Source: Balanoglossus misakiensis
Taxonomy: Eukaryota > Animalia > Hemichordata
DNA length: 64,000 nucleotides
Assembly (NCBI GenBank): GCA_040954595.2
Contig: CM082582.2
Coordinates: 1,906,303 to 1,970,302, forward strand
Direction: 5' to 3'
Under the pieces are notes generated by a model that saw only the letters and a list, made by a program, of their open reading frames with translations, was not told the origin of the DNA and made no database searches. Both the position numbers and the translations under genes were made by a program. Below are positions 14,772 through 24,456 of the stretch, in pieces; within the stretch, counting starts at the first letter, position 1, and each line of letters starts with the position of its first letter.

Positions 14772-14978
14772 GCTTTCACTGTCCATGTTCCCACACAAAA
14801 GTGCTGCTCAGTCACCACCCTCATGCAAGAGCATTTGCGTTCCCACTTCATCAGTCTTGAAGTTTTCACATCTTTTCTCCAATGTGTTAGGTATCTTTCT
14901 AGTAAGTTCCTAGGCAGTTTTGTATTTTACTCGCTAATGGGAACTCCCTGAATGCTTCCCCTCCCCTGGTTTGGCGGC

Positions 14979-15196
14979 TTGGAGCTGGTTTTGTCAAACT
15001 CTTTTTCATCTGCATATTAAAGATTTTGCCAAGTTTCCGCCAACCCATGAGTGTGTCGCATTCTGTTCCTTCCCATTAGCCCACTAGTATTCAAGCATTT
15101 ATACTGTTCAAGTGTTTCAGGTGTATTTGTATGCAAGACGTGTTTTCCTGTACAATTATTACATAAGTAGAGTTCCACAGAGGCAGCCACTAATTT
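14979..15196 (+). repeat. Split direct repeat B1
   Basis: 218 bp; three substitutions seen relative to B2 at 15417-15634. Confidence 0.95.
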
Positions 15197-15333
15197 GGGC
15201 CCAACCCCTTGGGTGTAATTTGGGGCGCCCTCTGTGTAGTGCGTCTTCCCGCCTTCCGGAGAGAATTGCTACTTTTGTAGGGCTTCCGCCATCTTGTAGA
15301 GTCACTTTTTCCGAGCAGTCGCTCGCTTAAAAC
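15193..15333 (+). repeat. Split direct repeat A2 (shares ATTT with the end of B1)
   Basis: Copy of A1. The B1/A2 junction reads cactaATTTgggc. Confidence 0.95.
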
Positions 15334-15416
15334 CCCACCCACCACTACCCATGGCTTTTCCTTGTATGTTTGTTATATTTATTTTATTTACCTTTATTCA
15401 CATGGTTTATAAGTGG

Positions 15417-15634
15417 TTGGAGCTGGTTTTGTCAAACTCTTTTTCATCTGCATATTAAAGATTTTGCCAAGTTTCCGCCAACCCATGAGTGTGTCACATT
15501 CTGTTCCTTCCCATTAGCCCACTAGTTTTCAAGCATTTATACTGTTCAAGTGTTTCAGGTGTATTTGTATGCAAGACGTGTTTTCCTGTACAATTATTAT
15601 ATAAGTAGAGTTCCACAGAGGCAGCCACTAATTT
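15417..15634 (+). repeat. Split direct repeat B2 (3' terminus of the element)
   Basis: Copy of B1. It ends cactaATTT and is followed by satellite acatggac. Confidence 0.95.
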
Positions 15635-17299
15635 ACATGGACATGAATGCAAGAATGGACACAGATAATTTATGAAGTCAATGTGAACAACTTTACTTGA
15701 AGTCAGTACATTGTAAACAGAATACCACAGTTGTAATAATTTATCTGGTCACAATATGTCTATGGACACATCATGTACATGGACATGAATGCAGGAATGG
15801 ACACAGATCATTTATGAAGTCAATGTGAACAACTTTACTTGAAGTCAGTAAATTGTAAACAGAATACCAGAGTTGTAATAATTTGTCTGGTCCCAATATG
15901 TCTATAAACACATCACGTACATAGACATGAATGCAAGAATGGTCACAGATCATTTATGAAGTCAATGTGAACAACTTTACTTGAAGTCAGAACATTGTAA
16001 ACAGAATACCACAGTTGTAATAATTTGTCTGATCACAATATGTCTATAGACACATCACGTCCATGGACATGAATGCATGAATGGACACAGATCATTAATG
16101 AAGTCAATGTGAACAACTTTACTTGAAGTCAGTAAATTGTAAACAGAATACCAAAGATGTAATAATTTGTCTGATCACAATATGTCTATAGACACATCAC
16201 ATACATGGACACGGATGCAAGAATGGACACAGATCATTTATGAAGTCAATGTGAACAACTTTACTTGAAGTCAGTAAATTGTAAACAGAATACCAGAGTT
16301 GTAATGATTTGTCAGATCACAATATGTCTATAGACACATTACGTACATGGACATGAATGCAAGAATGGACACAGATCATTTATGAAGTCAATGTGAACAA
16401 CTTTACTTGAATTCAGTACATTGTAAACAGAATACATGAGTTGTAATAATTTGTGTGTCCACAATATGTCTATAGACACATCACGTACATGGACATGAAT
16501 GCAAGAATGGACACAGATCATTTATGAAGTCAATGTGAACAACTTTACTTGAAGTCAGTACATTGTAAACAGAATACATGAGTTGAAATAGTTTGTCTGA
16601 TCACAATATGTCTATAGACACATCACGTACATGAATGCAAGAATGGACACAGATCATTTATGAAGTCAATGTGAACAACTTTACTTGAATTCAGTACCTT
16701 GTACACAGAATACATGAGTTGAAATAGTTTGTCTGATCACAATATGTCTATAGACACATCACGTACATGGATATGAATGCCAGAATGGACACAGATCATT
16801 TATGAAGTCAATGTGAACAACTTTACTTGAAGTCAGTAAATTGTAAACAGAATACCAGAGTTGTAATGATTTGTCAGATCACAATATGTCTATAGACACA
16901 TTACGTACATGGACATGAATGCAAGAATGGACACAGATCATTTATGAAGTCAATGTGAACAACTTTACTTGAATTCAGTACATTGTAAACAGAATACATG
17001 AGTTGTAATAATTTGTGTGTCCACAATATGTCTATAGACACATCACGTACATGGACATGAATGCAAGAATGGACACAGATCATTTATGAAGTCAATGTGA
17101 ACAACTTTACTTGAAGTCAGTACATTGTAAACAGAATACCACAGTTGTAATAATTTGTCTGATCACAATATGTCTATAGACACATCACGTACATGGACAT
17201 GAATGCTAGAATGGACACAGATCATTTATGAAGTCAATGTGAAAAACTTTACTTCAAGTCAGCACATTGTAAACAGAATATCACAGTTGTAATAATTTG
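15635..17299 (+). repeat. 142-bp satellite, continuation (about 12 monomers)
   Basis: Same monomer and orientation as 1-11254. It ends at aataatttg, abutting CACTG. Confidence 0.97.
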
Positions 17300-17696
17300 C
17301 ACTGTACCAAAAAACATATTTAACAGGGTGGGCAAAGTACCAGGTAAAAGATGTTAAAGTAATATCTTTGACCGCATAGTACCTCCTATTTCTCTGTTCA
17401 CATTTGTACCTTTTCCATGTGTTTGACTACCTGGGTGCAGGAAATATAAGTACCACGTTTGATGATTATGGAAAAGGGAGTAAATATGTGAAGATGTGTC
17501 TTACTTTCTTTCAGCTTTTACATACAGGCAAACTGTAATATCCTTAGGTACTTTTTCTACACCATAAAGGCAATTCTGATTCAATATTTACAAAGGCGTA
17601 AACTGTTGGACATAGGACATCATATACACAGCATATTCATGGCATTATCACATCTGGTAAAAGCAGTACTTGTAACCTTATACACACACAGTGAAC

Positions 17697-17987
17697 AAGC
17701 AGCTACTTTCAGTAGTGTACAACAGGGGGTTCAAAAGTTGGGCAAAGGTGGTCATGTATGCTCCCATATTTTAACCTAGACAAATGTTGTCAAAATAACC
17801 ACATTTGCCAGCGTTCCAAAAGCAGCTACTTTCAGTAGTGTACAACAGGGGGTTCAAAAGTTGGGCAAAGGTGGTCATGTATGCTCCCATATTTTAACCT
17901 AGACAAATGTTGTCAAAATAACCACATTTGCCAGCATTCCAAAAGCAGCTACTTTCAGTAGTGTACAACAGGGGGTTCAAAAGTTGG
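17697..17987. repeat. 123-bp tandem repeat, about 2.4 copies (left subterminal region)
   Basis: aagcagctactttcagtagtg... at 17697, 17820 and 17943. Confidence 0.93.
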
Positions 17988-18308
17988 TCAACCCATCTGT
18001 CAGCACTGCACATGGTAACTCCCATCAGACACACACTTACAACCAGGAAAAATGCAATTAAAGCAAAAGTTCTAAAATTAACATATTTAATTCAAATACA
18101 AAAGGGAAGTTTACAAATAAATAATATAACTGAAAAATACACTTGAAAGAAAGGTTGGCAATACAATAAAAATAAGTTAAAAAGTTTATATAGAAAAAAT
18201 ATGGCAGACAACAAGTATAATCAATAAAAACAGTACAAAATAAATGATACAATATTAAACAAAATGAAAGGAACCAGCAACACTGAGAAGGAGCCTCTCA
18301 CATGGCGA

Positions 18309-20580
18309 TCAAAGTTTGTCAATGTAAGACTCCTTCACTGCCCAACTTGGTGCACCTTCAGGCACAGGCCTGTCCGACCCTATCCCATCCCTCCTTTCGT
18401 GAATAAACCCACCCCCCATTTTGTTTAACCTTTTTTCGTGCCTTTTGTCGAGCAGTGAGAATGCTTCATTGACAAACTTTGACCGCCATAGCAATCGTCT
18501 CCTTCTCAGTGGCTTGGCCTTTCTGGTGACCCTCAAGTCATCATCATCAGATGATGAAAACTCTGCGAATGAATCTGTATCCTCGCTGGACATGTATTGA
18601 GTTGACATGACAGCTTTCAATTTCTGTCTCTGGTCCTCTTCTATAGATGTAGATTTGTTTAGAATTTCCCTTCTCCTTGTTAGTTTCTGGAAGAAAAAAA
18701 TATATACATGTATTTATTTTTCCATACATTGTACATGCCTTCCTACAATGTTTGGCAGTGAAACTTATTTCTGGGTTGTCCTGATCGGCTACTAACAATA
18801 AAATATCCACTAAAAAGTTACCAGCACCACACTGGATTAGTATTTCATGTCATTTGACAATTTATAAGCATTGCTTTCGAAGGTTATGAGATCTTGAATT
18901 ATTTAACTAATATGTACATTGAATCGATGTCAATAAGCACAATAGTGTCACATTACCTGCTGCTTCCTTTGCCTTCTGGCCTGTTTGACTCTGAATATGT
19001 CTGCTTTTCCAGAAGTCTGTCTCTTCTTTTCTTTTCTTTTGGTAAAGAAGTATGTCCTCATTGCAACTAAAAAAAAAGAAGTTGAGGCAACTGGATTAAT
19101 ACAAGTGAAATATATTCTGAAAATTATGTTTCTTAACACCCCATCTACATTTGATTTCCTCTTTAAGACACAGCAGGAGGCATTATATAACCAGAATACT
19201 AGCAAGTACCATAAAAATAAACTCACCCTGAATAACTGCTTCCTCCTCATTCAGTTGATTTTTAACAGCTTTCTTGATTTCTTCATTAACTTCTCTATTA
19301 ACTTGATGACCAAATCTGAAAGAAATGATGTTAGCAACAGTCAGACCCCTCCACACCAAACAGTACCAATACCAAAATAAAACAAAACATATGAAGCTGC
19401 ATTCAAATATTTACTGCTACACTCTGGCTTTATATGGTTGGCATTCCAACGGCAAGATGAACTCATTTAAAATAAAGGTTATATTCACAATCAATGATAC
19501 ATGGATATGTTGGCAAAATTGCACGCCTATGTGTGCTTTGTGATTGAAATACTTACGGCTTTGTTGTGTCCCAATTCTTGTCATTTTCTACAAGCCCATT
19601 GTAAACATCATGAACTGCTTTCTGCAATAAAAGACAACAGATATCAGACTTGAGCTCAACAAGTACAATATCTTAAATGGTAGTTTATTCTTCACACATG
19701 ATTATCATCACAGTAAACATTCCCAGGTAGTGTGTTAGCCACCATGAGCAAATGTCAAAGGTGAAAAGAAACACCTGGGATCAATCAACAGGATAGGGTA
19801 TGTATTGAACTGAGCAGTTTATTCTTCACACATGATAAACATTCCCAGGACCCAGGCAATGTGTTCACTCGCGCCACAGCAAATGTCAAGGGTCATGACT
19901 TTATTCGGTGATCTATTTTTTGCGGCTGGCGTACCCTACTGCAACCGTGGCAAAAATAAACGGTGGCCACTAACATTTTCGTCGATTTTGGCCTCCAATT
20001 CTCACGACCCGGTTGTTTCGGCCCAGACTTGGGAATACTCGTAATACGACCTGTGCGAGCGGACGATATGTTTCCAATTTTCCTAGCCCGATCATATGGC
20101 CCGATCTAAGCTAGCGTCACAAATAGGTAAGCTAGCCCACGGTTACTAGAAAGAGACGGTTGGGAAACTCTAGTAACCGTGGCTAGCCCGATCTGCTAAG
20201 CTAGCGTCACAAATAGCCCAGCGTACATGTGCAGGTTGTGTTTCCGGCGTTACACGGTTGAGTAAACGCCGGCAAACACAGACCTGTGCGCAGGGCTACG
20301 CTGGTTAGTGTAGAAATTAAACAGTGTCCTGGTTGTAACAATCGGATGAAACGACCTGGGCCGAAAAAGAAAAAACAACTGGTTGACCAGAATGACCCGT
20401 TGCCCAAAACAATGTCCCGTATAAAACATATATTCTTACCTTCACTCTCACGGATGGCCTGATCTTCCTTCTAGCGTTTGTTTCGGTACTAAGTTTTTCT
20501 TCTAGTAGGCGCTGCTTCTTTAACATTTCTTCCTGGTTTTTCAAAAGACGTTGAAATTCGCTTCTACTGATGGTCATCAT
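18309..20580 (-). CDS. Spliced 5-exon accessory gene, about 260 aa, C14orf93/DUF4616-like (exons 20580-20440, 19621-19557, 19315-19227, 19066-18957, 18686-18309)
   Basis: All four introns are GT-AG with polypyrimidine tracts. Phases 0, 2, 1, 0 join into one 783-nt open frame. Motifs include MRTYFFTKRKE, YMSSED, LLWRS...LLD and G.GSDRPVP...PSWAV. The start may lie further upstream: ATG CCG TCA CCA TGA at about 20655 is in frame but contains a stop. Confidence 0.8.
20133..20185. mobile_element. Small palindromic TAG...CTA element (MITE-like), intronic
   Basis: tagcccacggttactaga...tctagtaaccgtggcta, with local duplication of flanking sequence. Confidence 0.5.
20214..20298. mobile_element. Palindromic mini-MITE, copy 1
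   Basis: tagcccagcgtaca...gtgtttccggcgtt...aacgccggcaaacacagacctgtgcgcagggcta; homologous to 21232-21320 and 28666-28743. No TSD visible. Confidence 0.65.
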
Positions 20581-20699
20581 TTCGTCTTCAACACGATCGC
20601 AGCTACCACTTGGTGAAGACGACGTCAACTCGTTGATGACTCATGGTGACGGCATGATGTTTGCGGAGACTGGATAGGATAGTACTTGTACGCTATGTT

Positions 20700-21112
20700 T
20701 GCAAAACAGATTGTTTATATTTCCCGCAAGGTCGGCACCCTTATATAGAACAAATCACGCAATGACTTGTGGGTATCCTCGTACGAAAAATTTATTTCCG
20801 AGCAAACTGTCAAAAATCATCACAATGTGCCTTTATCTTTCCTTTTTTTTGCTAACAAAAGTAATTACTCAAAAATGTTTGCTATGTCTCATTTATATCA
20901 AATCTGAGGTACTCTACTGCAGTATATTTTGTATTTTATTTTATTTGAGTATTTGCGGCAGTGATTGAGGATGTATTGAAGTGCACTTCCGGTGTCCGCT
21001 GATGACATCAACATCTCTCGCGCGCTCTGCCAGCTGATCTGCCAAGTCAACTTCAACGTGTTCAGGCTCGATTACTAAACCGGCTCTCTTTTCGTCAATG
21101 ATTAAGGTAAGC
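20700..21112. promoter_or_regulatory. Putative bidirectional promoter between the accessory gene (-) and the transposase transcript (+)
   Basis: TATATAA on the minus strand at 20741-20747, upstream of the accessory gene. ETS-like ACTTCCGG at 20985-20992, TGACATCA just downstream, and a plus-strand donor ag|GTAAGC at 21107. Confidence 0.45.
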
Positions 21113-21231
21113 TATAGAGAATTCGTGAGCTGTATCTTGTTAGTTGCCTAGTTAACTGATAGCTGCAATGGTTGTAGCGGGCTGCTAGCTGCTAATGGCG
21201 AACAATAGTCAAGTTGCAGCACCCACTCGCT

Positions 21232-21320
21232 TAGCTCTGCGTACATGTCTGTGTGTTCCCGGCGTTACACGGGTGGAGGCCGTGTAACCCCGGGAACACA
21301 CAGACATGTACGCAAATCTA
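21232..21320. mobile_element. Palindromic mini-MITE, copy 2, with degenerate 9-bp TSD
   Basis: Near-perfect hairpin tgcgtacatgtctgtgtgttcccgg...ccgggaacacacagacatgtacgca; flanks ccactcgct and ctgctcgct. Confidence 0.75.
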
Positions 21321-21547
21321 CTGCTCGCTACGGTCGCCTCGCTACAATCATTGCAGCTACAGATGGTGCTGGAATGACGATCTTGTTCAAGTTTGTTGAA
21401 TAAAAAACAAGATCAGTCCAACTACAGAGTATGCAGGGTTTCAATGATCCTCGATGTGCAGATCAATCAACTTTTTACTAGTAATAAAGCTATCAGTGAA
21501 ACTTGACGCTTGTTTTTCTTCGTCGATCTTGTTCGAAGCCCTATCAT

Positions 21548-23096
21548 TGCTTTGCAATCAGGAATCACTGTTGACAGGTGTTATCTCAGGTGGATATCTT
21601 CCTATCATGTTTGTCAACACCTAAAAGGTGTCAATTGGTGGGAACAACTAGAAGTCTGCAAATCTAAGCTGTGGCAGGACCACTGTGGACCATTATTTAG
21701 ATTTTATTGTTTATGCCAGTATCTGACTATGAACATTTCAGAAGTGTCTCAAATGTGTCTGTCAAAACATGGAGGTACATGGTCAAAATTAAGTGATAAC
21801 ATTTGGAAAACTAGGTACTTTTCAACAGTGAAAAATCATTCATACATCTAATACTTTGGGATTCCTGAAAGATAATGCATTGTGGTGTGAGGTCTAGAAA
21901 TTATTTCTGCAGATCCATTAATATGGGGAAACCTCAAACGGCTGCCTGATATTCGTTTATCTGTAAATTGTAATGTATAGATTGCAATGAGGTGTTTAAT
22001 GTAGTGTTTAATTCATATAAATGTGAGTATATGAGTTATTACATGGCTATTTCATGATTTTTTTTTTCTTTTCTCAGTACTATCAGTATCCACGTGATCA
22101 ACCAGCATTTCCAGTGAGGTGATCCACTAAAATTTGCCTTCAAGTGTGACCGTTGTCTAATTTGTAAGTATATACATGTTCATTTAGAAACCACTGCTGG
22201 TTTGGGAAAATTAATTTTGCACATGATAGATTGTCCTTTTTGAGTGTCTTTGAGTTACCAGTATACAGACAGTGCTTTGCAATCAGGAATCACTTCACTT
22301 GTGTTTGTCATCTCTTATGGACAGCTTCCTGTCCTGTTTGTCAACACCTTAAAGGTGTCAAATGGTGAACTGAAACAATGGATATTGATGAACAAGTTAA
22401 GCTGTGGCCCACTGTGTAGATGACTTTGTTCAGATCAGCCTGTAACAATCCAAAGTGGCCACCTCTGAACACTCATTAAATAGTGTTAACTTTTTAGTGA
22501 GCTGCGTTCTTGTAAAGTATCCACAGATCTAACGCTTCAGGATTCCTGAAACAACTTGGCAAGATAGTTTGATTTGTTTGATGTTATGTGTGGCCTTATT
22601 TTTTTAGCCAAGCCAAGTAAACACGTTCAGAACTACTTATGGTTTTGTAAAAATGAAATGAATGTTTGTACATGATAGATTGTCGTTGTTTACCCCTCTT
22701 GTCAGATCATCAAAACGCAGGACAAACAAAATGAATGGTCGATGTGTGCAGCCACTTTCCCTTCATTTGTACTTATTGCACAGTAGGAAAGTATGGATGG
22801 CTTCCTGTGATCTGTGCTAACACCTGAAAGGTGTCAAATGACAAAAAACACATTATGAGCAAGGAAAACTGAGGAATTAGGGAAATAAAGGGAAAGTGGC
22901 TGCACACATTGACCATTCAATTTGTATGTTGTGTGTTTCGATGCTCTGTAGTATTGTCAACTCATGTATTTTTTGGTTCTGTTGTGTCATTGGTGTGTTG
23001 GCTTTTGGTGTAAGAAAATTACCATGGCGATACGAATCTGGGTCGGTTATGTCATAGACACAGTCACCCTTTGACGCTATTGTTTTGGATTCCTGA
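21548..23096. repeat. Degenerate three-copy repeat with conserved hairpins (candidate structured RNA)
   Basis: Shared blocks: tgctttgcaatcaggaatcact (2 copies), cttcct..aacacctNaaaggtgtcaa (3 copies), aagctgtgg..ccactgtg (2 copies) and ggattcctga (3 copies). Confidence 0.7.
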
Positions 23097-24456
23097 GTCA
23101 TTCCTTCATCAGTCGCATGTGAAAACATGAAAGACGATTTTCATGTTATAATTTGGTTTTGTTCAGTGATGTTAGAATATTTATGTTTTTATCTGTTAGC
23201 ATTTGCATTTAGGAAGCTTTTTCCTCGCTGTTGCTTATTTGTTTGTTAAGTCTTGCTTTAACTAGAGTATCTCTAGTATTTTTGTTGATGAGTTATACAT
23301 GATAGATTGCCAAGAGGATGAGTTAAGGTGTTTCATCTTTCTCAGTTCCCTCCAATGTTTTAAGAGTGACGTGCTTGTTTGGTATGTCATCTTGATGTAT
23401 TGGCTATATATTGTTTGTACAAAGACATATATGTTGTTGCTATTGTGGGTCTTTTGTTTGCCTTTCAGTGAAGTGCAAGCATGTATTCTGTTGGAGGCTT
23501 TGTTATTATGTAATCATGCTTTGTTGCATGCTTTTGTATGGCTTCGCTGTGCATTGTGTTGGTGGTATACATTGGTACAGCATCTAATGTAACCAGGATT
23601 GCATTTTGTGGTCTCTTGTTTCCTGATGGTTGCTTTGAAATGGTCTAGAAATTCAGATATGTTATGTGTTGGGCTTGAGCAGCCACAAATAATTAGGCAT
23701 CCTGCAACGTTGTTCATGAATCTTGTAGCATGATTATTTTCAAGCCAAATCTTGCCATGTTATGTAAAGACCAGGGACTGTCATATCAAAGTGAAGTGAA
23801 TCCCTTTCCTGTCTGTTTAGTGGGTTGCATTATGATATATTTGTAAGGATTCAAATATGTGCATTCACCATTTAGGGTAGGGTGTTTATCAAATAGCTGT
23901 ATGGAGGCGACAGTATTTGCGTGTGGGACTCTTTTGTAGGGTATTTCAGAGCACAGGATTGAGATAGTCCTCTTTAATTAAATGTTAACGGTCTCTCTGT
24001 CAGCACCCACAGAACCTAAACCATGCCATTTTTCATCACAAATGTATGTTAAAAGTCATATTTAGACACAATTCGTATTTTATCATTGAATATAATGGAT
24101 CTGTGTTGTTTGTGGTTTTGATATCCATATTTATTGTTACAGGAAAACTGTGATTAATTTTGGCATAGTGCACATTTCACTCTTAACTTATAAGTTGACA
24201 TCAAGCATGGCAGGAAGCCCTTATTTAGTGTAGTCTCTGCTTTGCTCACACAAGGCACTGTTACTGTTTGATTTTCATTGAAATCTTGCAGACTCTTTTC
24301 CCTGCTACGAAGGATTTATATGAATTGTCAGCTTATAATGAAATCTGGCATACGTATATTTATTTGCGAGAAAGTGTGTCCAAAATATGGTGAAAGTTAT
24401 ACTTAGTATCAGTGTGTTAAACTCACTTTAATATTTTTCTCTTGTATAGTGATCAA

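Larger units (their letters stand above)
11255..15634 (+). mobile_element. Ngaro-like (DIRS-order) retrotransposon with split direct repeats A1-ORF1-ORF2-B1-A2-B2; no tyrosine recombinase ORF
   Basis: A1 11255-11395 matches A2 15193-15333, and B1 14979-15196 matches B2 15417-15634. Gag-like and RT/RNase H ORFs lie between A1 and B1. The satellite resumes in phase on both sides. Confidence 0.92.

Noticed and set aside
14979-15634. Classical LTRs for the retroelement
   Set aside because: The repeats are split as A...B-A-B, lack TG...CA ends, and no protease or DDE integrase is present.
22233-22549. Box C/D snoRNA call for the structured repeats
   Set aside because: The C box is non-canonical (ATGATAG), the length is excessive, CTGA is buried in a stem, and no rRNA-complementary guide was recognised.
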